Notes: a model not told the origin generated them from the sequence alone. A stretch of 32,000 nucleotides of DNA from Erysipelotrichaceae bacterium (GCA_028698185.1 JAQVDW010000015.1:10838-42837); one strand, 5' to 3'. Counted from the stretch's first letter, positions 10,596 through 19,958 are shown. Translations and numbers: made by a program.

Positions 10596-11422
10596 ACCAT
10601 ATTTATGGCCTGAACACCCCTTTTGAATTTCAGGCTCTCAAGGATGTTGATCTCGAGATCATTCCGGGCAAGATCACCGCAATTGTCGGGCATACCGGCA
10701 GCGGGAAGTCAACCCTGATCCAGCATCTGAATGCCTTGTTGCAGCCCCATTCTGGAGCAATCACAATCGATGAATTTGTGATTACCAAGGAGAAGCCAAA
10801 GGTCTCGCTTAAACCATTGCGCAAGAAGGTGGGGATGGTTTTCCAGTTCCCAGAATACCAGCTTTTCGAAGAAACCATTGAAAAAGACATCTGTTTTGGG
10901 CCAAAGAATTTCGGTGTGTCTGACGAGGATGCCTTACTAATTGCCCGCAAGACGATCAAAGATGTCGGTCTGGATGAAAGCTATCTTTCCCGTTCACCGT
11001 TTGATCTTTCAGGCGGACAGAAGCGGCGGGTTGCCATCGCGGGCATCTTGGCATCCCAACCTGAAATCCTGGTTCTCGACGAGCCGACTGCCGGTCTCGA
11101 CCCTCAAGGGGCAATCGAGATGATGCAGCTATTTGCCCGGTTGAACCGGCAGGGAGTTACCATCATCCTGGTGACCCACAATATGGACCATGTCCTTGAA
11201 TATTGTGACCAGGTTGTGGTGATGAATGAAGGACAGGTAGAACGCCACTGTGCAGTCAGGGATCTTTTCAATGACCACAGTTATCTTCATACCCTCAATA
11301 TCGAGATGCCGATTATTTCCAAATTCATCAATGACATAAACAATTGCGGTTATCACCTCGATGGAGCAATCAAAACCAGTGATGAGCTGATCAAGGCATT
11401 AAAGGAGCAGTTAAATGGATAA
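10571..11422 (+). CDS. ecfA2: ECF transporter ATPase component EcfA2
   Basis: 283 aa. Walker A GHTGSGKST, LSGGQKRR, Walker B ILVLDEPTAGLD. Overlaps ecfA1 by 25 nt. Confidence 0.93.
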   Translation: MSIKFEKVNHIYGLNTPFEFQALKDVDLEIIPGKITAIVGHTGSGKSTLIQHLNALLQPHSGAITIDEFVITKEKPKVSLKPLRKKVGMVFQFPEYQLFEETIEKDICFGPKNFGVSDEDALLIARKTIKDVGLDESYLSRSPFDLSGGQKRRVAIAGILASQPEILVLDEPTAGLDPQGAIEMMQLFARLNRQGVTIILVTHNMDHVLEYCDQVVVMNEGQVERHCAVRDLFNDHSYLHTLNIEMPIISKFINDINNCGYHLDGAIKTSDELIKALKEQLNG

Positions 11423-12215
11423 TCTTACTTTCGGGCGCTATATCCCCGGCGATTCGCTGATTCATCATCTTGACCCTCGGGCTAAGATCATGGCGCTGTT
11501 CATCTTGCTTGTGGCGGTGTTCTTCGATGCCGGCTTTGTCGGTTACGGCATAATGACGGTGTTCTTGATAATCGTTGTTTTCCTGTCAAAGACCCGGCTC
11601 AGGGACATTTTCAAGGCGCTCAAGCCGATGCTCGTGATGATGATCGTCATTTCCTTTTTCAATGTCTTTTTGATCAGGACCGGACCGCTGCTATACAGCT
11701 ACGGCTTTATTAAGATTTACCAGGGAGCCCTGCTCCAGACTGCCTATATCATAATCCGGCTGTTTTTGATTATCACCTTGTCGACAGTATTGACATCGAC
11801 AACCAAGCCACTTGATCTTACTTTGGGAATCGAGAAGCTTCTCGAGCCGCTCAATAAGTTCAATTTTCCTTCGCACGAGTTGGCGATGATGATTTCCATC
11901 GCATTGCGGTTCATACCTGACCTGATTGACGAGACGAAGCGGATCACTAAGGCCCAGGCCAGCCGCGGTGTCGATTTCAATGAAGGAACGTTCATCAAAC
12001 GGGTGACTTCGATGGTGTCGCTGATAATCCCATTGTTCATTTCGTCGGTTCTTCGGGCCGAGGATCTCGCCAATGCGATGGAGTCGCGCAACTACAATCC
12101 GGTAGCCAAACGGACCCGCTACAAGTTGCTGCAGTGGAATTACAAGGACAGCATCTCCTTGTCATGTTGTATATTTATTTTGATAGGAATAATAATAATA
12201 AGTGTGGTGTTTTAA
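11415..12215 (+). CDS. ecfT: ECF transporter transmembrane (T) component
   Basis: 266 aa, multi-TM. Coupling-helix region ISIALRFIPDLIDETKRITKAQASRGVDF is typical of the EcfT/CbiQ family. Overlaps ecfA2 by 8 nt. Confidence 0.92.
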   Translation: MDNLTFGRYIPGDSLIHHLDPRAKIMALFILLVAVFFDAGFVGYGIMTVFLIIVVFLSKTRLRDIFKALKPMLVMMIVISFFNVFLIRTGPLLYSYGFIKIYQGALLQTAYIIIRLFLIITLSTVLTSTTKPLDLTLGIEKLLEPLNKFNFPSHELAMMISIALRFIPDLIDETKRITKAQASRGVDFNEGTFIKRVTSMVSLIIPLFISSVLRAEDLANAMESRNYNPVAKRTRYKLLQWNYKDSISLSCCIFILIGIIIISVVF

Positions 12216-12943
12216 TGCGAATAAAATGTACCGTCAGCTATGACGGATCAAAATTCAAAGGATGGCAAATCCAGAATAATCAGCGGACAATCCAGGGAGA
12301 AATCCAGGCAGCGCTCAAAAACATAACTCAGGAGCCGATCGCGATTCACGGATCGGGACGGACCGATGGCAAAGTACATGGACGCAACCAGGTTTTCCAC
12401 TTCGATTGTTCCAAGGAGCTAAGCGAAAACCGCTGGCATCAGGCTATCAATCATTTCCTGCCCAATGACGTGTACGTCAAACAGGTGGAGCTCGTCAATG
12501 AGGAATTCCATTCCCGCTACAGCGCCAAAAGCAAAGAATATCGTTATTATGTCAATATCGATGACTATGATCCGTTCAAGACCAATTACATCTACCAGCT
12601 AAACAAGCCACTCGATTTGCAGCTGATGCAAGAGGGTGCTGACATTTTCGTGGGCGAACATGATTTTGCCTCATTCTGCGCCCTTGACCAGCTCGGAACG
12701 ACGATCCGGTCAATATATGAATTTGAAATAACCCAGAGCGATGGAATTGTCTGCTTCAGGGTTCTAGGCAATGGTTTCCGCCGCTATATGGTCCGCCATC
12801 TGGTGGGAGCGTTGATCCAGGTAGGGCAAAAACGCCTGCCATTAGAAAGGGTAAAGCAAATGCTTGAAAGCAAAGGGGAAATCCGCTGCTTGCACAAGGC
12901 CAAACCCCAAGGTCTTTATCTCCAGGAGGTCCATTATGATTAA
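12215..12943 (+). CDS. truA: tRNA pseudouridine(38-40) synthase TruA
   Basis: The ORF track starts at 12134, inside ecfT. ATG 12215 shares an A with the ecfT TAA (TAATG) and gives MRIKCTVSYDGSKFKGWQIQ. Catalytic Asp context HGSGRTDGKVHG. GFRRYMVRHLVGALIQVG. 242 aa. Confidence 0.93.
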   Translation: MRIKCTVSYDGSKFKGWQIQNNQRTIQGEIQAALKNITQEPIAIHGSGRTDGKVHGRNQVFHFDCSKELSENRWHQAINHFLPNDVYVKQVELVNEEFHSRYSAKSKEYRYYVNIDDYDPFKTNYIYQLNKPLDLQLMQEGADIFVGEHDFASFCALDQLGTTIRSIYEFEITQSDGIVCFRVLGNGFRRYMVRHLVGALIQVGQKRLPLERVKQMLESKGEIRCLHKAKPQGLYLQEVHYD

Positions 12944-13814
12944 AACAAACTTTCACACCCATACCTTTCGCTGCGGTCACGCAGTCGGCGATGAACAGGA
13001 AATTGTCCAGGCGGCAATAGCGGCCAATATCTCCAAACTGGGGTTTTCCGATCACGTGCCGTTGCCCAACTTCCGCGGTTTCCTGTTGAAAGGGCTGCAT
13101 TCGGTGGCGCTTAGCCCGAGAGGCCTAAAGACACTGGCGTCAAATTTCATATTCAATGGCCCAGGGATGCGTATGGATTATGCCAGTCGGACAATCCATC
13201 AGGACAATGTCCGCCAGCTAAAGGAGAACCATGCCCATCAGATCGAGATATTCCAGGGTTATGAGGCCGAGTATTTCGAGGGATACCTTGATTACTACCA
13301 GGAGCTTCTCGACAATGATGTTGACTATCTGATTCTAGGAAACCATTTCAACAGCTACAATTCGACCAGCTGTTACTATGGTAAAGAAAAAGTCAACGAC
13401 CAGGAACTGTACAGCTACTGCGACGATGTGATCAAGGCTCTCGAGACGAATCTGTTTTCGTATCTGGCCCATCCGGATCTTTTCATGATAGGAAAAGTTG
13501 TCTTTGACGATGTTGCCCGGGAAATAACTTACGATATCTGCAAAAAGGCCAAGGAACTCAATATTCCCTTGGAAATCAATGGCGGCGGCATCCGCCGGGG
13601 CAAGCGAGAGGTACTTGGTCGATACGAGTATCCCTATCCTTCGAGCCATTTCTTTGCCATTGCCGGGGAAGTCGGGAATGACATCATTCTGGGAATCGAT
13701 GCCCATGCACCCGATGAACTAAACCATGGCATTTATGAAGAGATGCTTGAATTTGCCAGCCGTTTCGATCTCAATATTGTCACTGAATTCGAATTCAGAA
13801 AAGGACAAAGATAA
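12936..13814 (+). CDS. PHP-domain phosphoesterase, HisJ-type histidinol-phosphatase family (actual substrate unknown)
   Basis: AGGAGG at 12924-12929, then ATG 12936. MIKTNFHTHTFRCGHA, GFSDHVP, YEAEY, LAHPDL and GIDAHAP are the PHP metal-ligand motifs. Overlaps the truA stop by 8 nt. 292 aa. Confidence 0.8.
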   Translation: MIKTNFHTHTFRCGHAVGDEQEIVQAAIAANISKLGFSDHVPLPNFRGFLLKGLHSVALSPRGLKTLASNFIFNGPGMRMDYASRTIHQDNVRQLKENHAHQIEIFQGYEAEYFEGYLDYYQELLDNDVDYLILGNHFNSYNSTSCYYGKEKVNDQELYSYCDDVIKALETNLFSYLAHPDLFMIGKVVFDDVAREITYDICKKAKELNIPLEINGGGIRRGKREVLGRYEYPYPSSHFFAIAGEVGNDIILGIDAHAPDELNHGIYEEMLEFASRFDLNIVTEFEFRKGQR

Positions 13815-13821
13815 CGTGCTT

Positions 13822-13860
13822 CCCGCAACCAGCAATGGTTGTGAGGGGGTATTTTCTTTT
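13822..13860 (+). terminator. probable intrinsic terminator after the PHP gene
   Basis: Stem CAACCA / TGGTTG (13826-13831 / 13836-13841) closed by a GCAA loop, extendable with flanking C/G pairs, then a TATTTTCTTTT tract. Confidence 0.5.
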
Positions 13861-13875
13861 GCACTAATAAATTAA

Positions 13876-13904
13876 TGGTTTTTAAACTTCAAAAATGCTA
13901 CAAT
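13876..13904 (+). promoter_or_regulatory. candidate extended -10 promoter of the unknown two-gene cassette
   Basis: TGcTACAAT at 13896-13904 (extended -10) with a weak -35 (TGGTTT, 13876-13881). ATG 13895 of the ORF track falls inside it, which favours ATG 13922 as the start. Confidence 0.4.
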
Positions 13905-13921
13905 GGGTTAGAGGTGATAGG

Positions 13922-15118
13922 ATGTCAAAACTGGAACTTATTAATGAATATCTGGAAAAAAACAAAAGCACCTATGTCGGCAAATATCGTTGCCATTCCA
14001 GTGTTCAAACAAAACCTAATGAACATAAATTTCAATATTATATATATGACAGTCAATTCCGCGAAATTTCGGTCTTCTTGACGATTGCCTTTGGCAATGA
14101 CGAGATAATCCCGACCTTTTCGCTTTCTTTGAATCAGCGGGAACAGCAATATATGATTCAGGATGCGCTCGAGAAGATTGCGACGCTTTCTTCCTACCAG
14201 TCGATGCTCCATACCGATATTTTCGAGCATTTCATCCGCAATTCCGAATCGATCTCCATGCTCGCACCGATCGACTACCGCAATATCCTTGATTATCTGG
14301 AATTCCACAAAGGAACCAATGACAAGACCATCAGCGAGTTCTACGATATCTACATTCCATATATAAGAAGGCTTATCGAGACCAAAAGCTACCGGAAACT
14401 GATCGACTCGCTCGCATTGATTCTCGACAAGATCTCTTATGAGTATGAGTGGGACGGTTCGACAAGCAAGTATCTCGATACCGAATATCAGTATCATCTG
14501 AAGTTCTTCACGAATATCCTGATCGAGTGCCTGCCATTGCTTGACCATTTTGACAAGGACGAGACGCTGGAATTTTATGAAATCTTTTTCAATGTCATGC
14601 AGGTCCGCCGTTTCGCTTTGCTGATCCTGGTCAAGATCGACATCAATTTTGTCCGCTCTTTGCCTTTGGTGGCTGATTTGATCGATTATCTGGTCGAACG
14701 GACCCACAACGAAAACAACCATAACTTCGTGATCGACTATCTCAAGAGCGTTTATTATCAAGACGAGGACTTGCTACGGGTAACAACCATCGAAGTGGTC
14801 CGGATGATTGTCCATGATTACCTTTCTTTTGCAAACCATGAGCTAATCCTGGAGATAGGCAATGCCATCATCGAGATCCAAGGCTATGATTTTATCATCG
14901 ACTATTTCTCGGTCGACTACAACACGTTTGTTTTCGCCGCTTTTCCGATTTCCACTTTCCCGGAAATCTACAAGCAAAGAATCAAGAGAGAACTTGAAAA
15001 GGCCATCCGCTTCTATGCAGCGCGGATGGAACATCCAAGGTACTATTTGCCGTCATTTGAACAGGTTACGAATATTAATCGAATTTTAATGGAAAATTTC
15101 GGGGGGTATAACCAATGA
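13922..15118 (+). CDS. hypothetical protein: soluble, acidic, Tyr/Ile/Phe-rich, no recognisable domain
   Basis: GAGGTGA at 13911-13917, 4 nt before ATG 13922. 398 aa. Codon usage matches neighbouring + strand genes. No TM segment, signal peptide, P-loop, HTH or Cys/His cluster seen. The stop overlaps the next start (ATGA at 15115-15118). Confidence 0.75.
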   Translation: MSKLELINEYLEKNKSTYVGKYRCHSSVQTKPNEHKFQYYIYDSQFREISVFLTIAFGNDEIIPTFSLSLNQREQQYMIQDALEKIATLSSYQSMLHTDIFEHFIRNSESISMLAPIDYRNILDYLEFHKGTNDKTISEFYDIYIPYIRRLIETKSYRKLIDSLALILDKISYEYEWDGSTSKYLDTEYQYHLKFFTNILIECLPLLDHFDKDETLEFYEIFFNVMQVRRFALLILVKIDINFVRSLPLVADLIDYLVERTHNENNHNFVIDYLKSVYYQDEDLLRVTTIEVVRMIVHDYLSFANHELILEIGNAIIEIQGYDFIIDYFSVDYNTFVFAAFPISTFPEIYKQRIKRELEKAIRFYAARMEHPRYYLPSFEQVTNINRILMENFGGYNQ

Positions 15119-16011
15119 AACCAAGCACAATATTGAAAGTCACCGGAACAGCGACCGCTATTGCCGGAGCGAGCGTCACCGCCCTTTATACGACAAGCGG
15201 GCAGATTGCCAAATCGCTGATTTACCGTTACCAGAAAGATGAAGTGGACCACTCGATGCTGTTGGAAAAATACCAGGGTGAGATTGTGAGCCTGGTCAAT
15301 GACATGAACATCAAGCAACGTGGCGTCCTGATTGAAAAACCGGAAAACAAGAAGACGCTTTTCATTCTCCATCCTCTGGCACTTGATTCCAGTGACATGA
15401 TTCTGTACGTGGACTTTTTCCAACGGAAGATACCCGATGCCAATATCCTGCTGATCGATGCATCGGCCCACGGCATTTCCGACGGGTATATCCGCGGCTT
15501 TGGAATCCGCGATGTCCATGATCTGGTGGCTTGGAACCGTTTCGTTCTCGAACGCTATGGAATGGAACATCAGATGATCCTTTATGGCAAGGAGATGGGG
15601 GCCAATACGATTTTGAATACGGTAAGTCTACACCGTTTACAAAACATCAAGGCGGTCATCTGTGATGGGGCATATACATCGTTTAGCGACTTGCTCAAGC
15701 ATCGGATCTTGAATGACTACCGCCTGCCGGTCTTCCCGGTATACCAGTTTGTAGCCAAGAAAATCAAACGAGTGGCCAATATCGAAATAAACGAGTCGAC
15801 AGTCGATCTGGTCAAGCATAATGACGTTCCGACCCTTTATTTCCATGCGCGTCATGATGAATTCGTTCCGCTTGACCACGTCTATCCTTTGTACAATGCC
15901 AACCGTGGCCATAAGGCTTTGTTTGTCCTGAAAGATGAGCATTACCTGTATGATCTTAAGGAGACTGACGAGTACCATGAGACGCTAAAAGAGTTCATTT
16001 CAAAATTGTAG
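15115..16011 (+). CDS. membrane-anchored alpha/beta-hydrolase-fold protein (COG1073/YqkD-like) with a non-canonical nucleophile elbow
   Basis: 298 aa. N-terminal hydrophobic segment ILKVTGTATAIAGASVTALY. Family-like blocks FILHPLA, LLIDASAHGISDG, MILYGKEMGANT, PTLYFHARHDEFVP and LKDEHYLY. The elbow reads G-K-E-M-G (15586-15600). Confidence 0.75.
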   Translation: MKPSTILKVTGTATAIAGASVTALYTTSGQIAKSLIYRYQKDEVDHSMLLEKYQGEIVSLVNDMNIKQRGVLIEKPENKKTLFILHPLALDSSDMILYVDFFQRKIPDANILLIDASAHGISDGYIRGFGIRDVHDLVAWNRFVLERYGMEHQMILYGKEMGANTILNTVSLHRLQNIKAVICDGAYTSFSDLLKHRILNDYRLPVFPVYQFVAKKIKRVANIEINESTVDLVKHNDVPTLYFHARHDEFVPLDHVYPLYNANRGHKALFVLKDEHYLYDLKETDEYHETLKEFISKL

Positions 16012-16033
16012 TTTCAGATTTATTAAAAAAACA

Positions 16034-17530
<1,497 letters not shown>

Positions 17531-17542
17531 AATACAGACCGC

Positions 17543-17575
17543 AAAAGGCACTCTGAACGGGTGCTTTTTCATTTT
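17543..17575 (+). terminator. intrinsic terminator after the GH1 gene
   Basis: AAAAGGCAC (17543-17551) pairs with GTGCTTTTT (17561-17569) around a 9-nt loop, followed by more T residues. Confidence 0.6.
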
Positions 17576-17590
17576 GGCTGACACTTTTCT

Positions 17591-17619
17591 TTGTATGTGT
17601 TTGACATTTGTATTATAAT
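17591..17619 (+). promoter_or_regulatory. candidate sigma-A promoter of the rpiR-like operon
   Basis: TTGTAT (17591-17596), a 17-nt spacer, then TATAAT (17614-17619). The ORF-track start ATG 17608 lies inside the spacer. Confidence 0.5.
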
Positions 17620-17637
17620 GGTGGCAAGGAGCAATGT

Positions 17638-18471
17638 ATGGAAACTAATAATTATTATGAAAAAGACATTCTTTACAACTTGGTCACGTTCCTGAACACC
17701 TCAAGTTCCGAAGAAATGTTCTATACCATTTGTTATAACATTCTGACGCATATTGATGAGATTCCTACCATCAATATTCTCGATCTAGCCAAGATGTGCT
17801 ACACCTCGCCGGCTACTATTTCCCGGTTCTGCCGCCATCTCAAATTCGCCAACTTCGCCGAATTCAAGAATGAAGTTAGCGATTCGCTGAACATGGCGCG
17901 CAATGAGATCAAGCTTTCGGGCAGTTCCCTGGTGGAGGCTTACCAGAATCCCCAAAGCTGCATCGATCTGATCTATGACACATCGATAAGATCGCTGCAG
18001 ATGTCCAAGGAGAACCTGCGGATCGAGGATGTTGACCGGCTCTGTCAGATTCTACATGATGCCAAGAAGATCCACTTCTTCGGCTTTCAATTCAACAAGA
18101 TTGTCGCATCGGATTTCCAGATCAAATTGCTTAAACTTGGGAAGCTGGCCTATGCTTTTGCCGACCGCGGTGACGATGCCCAGCGCATCGAACTGCTCGA
18201 CCATGACTCATTGGCGATTGTGCTCTCTTCACGGGCCCGGGATCTTCAGATGTTTTCCCTGGTTGACGCCATCAAGACGCGAAAATCGAGAGTCGTGCTG
18301 GTAACCATGAACAAGGACGCCAAAGTGATCGATAAGGTCGACGACGCTTTCGTGGTTGACGGGATGATCAATGATATTTTCGAATCATCGACAAGCGAAA
18401 CCACGGTGATCAAGACTTTCCTGGACTTGGTCTATTTCAGATACGGGATATTGTATCCTAGAAAGGGGTAA
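17638..18471 (+). CDS. MurR/RpiR-family transcriptional regulator (HTH_6 + SIS domain)
   Basis: AAGGAG at 17626-17631, then ATG 17638 (277 aa). HTH region ILDLAKMCYTSPATISRFCRHLKFANFAEFK. SIS-like region KIHFFGFQFNKIVASDFQIKLLKLGK. Confidence 0.8.
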   Translation: METNNYYEKDILYNLVTFLNTSSSEEMFYTICYNILTHIDEIPTINILDLAKMCYTSPATISRFCRHLKFANFAEFKNEVSDSLNMARNEIKLSGSSLVEAYQNPQSCIDLIYDTSIRSLQMSKENLRIEDVDRLCQILHDAKKIHFFGFQFNKIVASDFQIKLLKLGKLAYAFADRGDDAQRIELLDHDSLAIVLSSRARDLQMFSLVDAIKTRKSRVVLVTMNKDAKVIDKVDDAFVVDGMINDIFESSTSETTVIKTFLDLVYFRYGILYPRKG

Positions 18472-18472
18472 T

Positions 18473-19483
18473 ATGGCTACTTTTGTAAATGACTACTCAA
18501 CCGGTTGCCATCCGCGGATAATGCAGGCGCTGATGGACACCAATGAACTGGAAACTCCAGGCTATGGCCTTGACCTCTATTGCCAGAAGGCGGCCGAAAA
18601 GCTAAAAATCCTGATGGGAAACGATAACGCCGATGTCCATTTCCTGGCAGGCGGGACACAGACAAACGCGACATTCATCAAGGGTGCCCTGAGGGTCCAC
18701 CAAGGCGTGATCGCCTGTGACAGCGCGCATATCGCCGTTCACGAAGCGGGGGCTATTGAAGCCACCGGACATAAGGTGATAACCGTCAAAAATAAGCAGG
18801 GGAAATTGACTTGCGGACTTATTGACCAGGTGCTTAAATCCCATCTTGATGAACATATGGTCCAACCCAAGATGGTTTACATTTCCCAGACAACCGAGTA
18901 TGGAACTTTCTACAGCGATGAGGAAATAAAAGAGCTCTACAATTACTGCCAGAGCCGGGGTCTACTTTTCTATATAGATGGGGCCCGACTGGTCAGTGCC
19001 TTGGCCATCAATGGAGCGGCCAGCCTTCAAACCATCGCTTCCAATTGTGACGCCTTCTATTTTGGCGGGACCAAAGCGGGACTGCTTTTCGGGGAATGCC
19101 TGGTGATCATTAACAGGCAGCTCCAGGATGATTTCCGCTATGTCATCAAACAAAGCGGAGCAATGATGGCAAAAGGCCGGATTCTCGGGGTCCAGTTTCT
19201 CGAACTGTTCTCCAATGAATTATACCTTTCAATCGGCCGGCATGAAAATGCGATGGCCAACATGATCAAGGATGCGTTGGTTCGAAAAGGGTATGAACAG
19301 TATCTTGAGACCTTCTCCAACCAGCTGTTTTTCAAGATGAGCCAAGCTGAGTTCGATTACATCAATGAGGAATTCGAAATATTGTGCTTTGAAAAGCATG
19401 ACGATCAGATCGTGGCGAGGATAGTGACTTCCTATGCGACGACTTTCGACATTGTCAATCGCTTTATAAAATATGTCAATTAG
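18473..19483 (+). CDS. threonine aldolase / beta-eliminating lyase family PLP-dependent enzyme
   Basis: 336 aa. NDYSTGCHPRIMQAL...GYG.D.YC..A, HFLAGGTQTN, and the PLP-lysine block FYFGGTKAGLLFGE. The ATG is 1 nt after the rpiR-like stop. Confidence 0.8.
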   Translation: MATFVNDYSTGCHPRIMQALMDTNELETPGYGLDLYCQKAAEKLKILMGNDNADVHFLAGGTQTNATFIKGALRVHQGVIACDSAHIAVHEAGAIEATGHKVITVKNKQGKLTCGLIDQVLKSHLDEHMVQPKMVYISQTTEYGTFYSDEEIKELYNYCQSRGLLFYIDGARLVSALAINGAASLQTIASNCDAFYFGGTKAGLLFGECLVIINRQLQDDFRYVIKQSGAMMAKGRILGVQFLELFSNELYLSIGRHENAMANMIKDALVRKGYEQYLETFSNQLFFKMSQAEFDYINEEFEILCFEKHDDQIVARIVTSYATTFDIVNRFIKYVN

Positions 19484-19526
19484 TGAATAATCTCTCTTTG
19501 AACACCGGGGATGATTACTTAATATA

Positions 19527-19555
19527 TTGCAAAGTATACTGATAAGATATATAAT
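19527..19555 (+). promoter_or_regulatory. strong sigma-A type promoter of hup
   Basis: TTGCAA (19527-19532), a 17-nt spacer, then TATAAT (19550-19555). GGAG SD upstream of ATG 19591. Confidence 0.65.
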
Positions 19556-19590
19556 GTAGTGGTAAACTTATTATGAAATGGAGATAAAAA

Positions 19591-19866
19591 ATGAACAAAA
19601 CTGAATTAATTGGAGCAATCGCTGCTGCAACGGATTTACCAAAAACAGAAGTTGAAAAAATGTTGAATGCTTTCGTAAGTGTTGTATCTGATGAATTAGT
19701 TGCCGGCAACAAAGTTGCAATCAAAGGATTCGGAACATTTGAAGTTCGCGAAAGAGCTGCACGCCAAGGACACAACCCAAGAACCAAGGAAGTCATCCAA
19801 ATCGCTGCAAGCAAAGCTCCTGGATTTAAAGCAAGTTCTACATTCAAGGATGCCTTAAACAAATAA
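19591..19866 (+). CDS. hup: DNA-binding protein HU
   Basis: 91 aa. MNKTELIGAIA...GFGTFEVRERAARQGHNPRTKEVIQIAASKAPGFKA is a canonical HU/IHF-fold sequence. Confidence 0.96.
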   Translation: MNKTELIGAIAAATDLPKTEVEKMLNAFVSVVSDELVAGNKVAIKGFGTFEVRERAARQGHNPRTKEVIQIAASKAPGFKASSTFKDALNK

Positions 19867-19875
19867 GATAATGAT

Positions 19876-19901
19876 TAGCTAGCACTGCTAGCTATTTTTT
19901 T
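19876..19901 (+). terminator. intrinsic terminator of hup
   Basis: Perfect 8-bp stem TAGCTAGC / GCTAGCTA with a 3-nt loop, followed by seven T residues. Confidence 0.8.
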
Positions 19902-19924
19902 ATTTGCGGCTTTTTATTTGGATG

Positions 19925-19950
19925 CAAAAAAAGCAGGATTATTACCTGCT
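19925..19950 (-). terminator. intrinsic terminator of pduL (minus strand)
   Basis: On the minus strand: AGCAGG, a 7-nt loop, CCTGCT, then TTTTTTT. Begins 9 nt after the pduL stop codon. Confidence 0.7.
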
Positions 19951-19958
19951 TAGAGATA

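Noticed and set aside
12186-12203. An (AAT)n-like microsatellite, ggaataataataataagt.
   Set aside because: It lies in frame inside the ecfT 3' end and encodes the hydrophobic tail GIIIIS. It is too short to count as a repeat feature.
13925-14761. 278-aa ORF on the minus strand covering most of the unknown 398-aa gene. It could in principle be the real gene.
   Set aside because: It has no SD or promoter. The + frame has an extended -10, a GAGGTGA SD, ATGA coupling to the next gene and the local codon preferences (ATC, GAC, CTG, TCG). Antisense ORFs are expected here because the favoured codons (GAT/ATC, GAC/GTC, GAG/CTC, GAA/TTC, TCG/CGA) are reverse complements of one another and rarely create stops.
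19515-19862. 115-aa minus-strand ORF spanning hup.
   Set aside because: hup on the + strand has a consensus promoter, an SD, a terminator and a canonical HU sequence. The antisense translation has no recognisable features.
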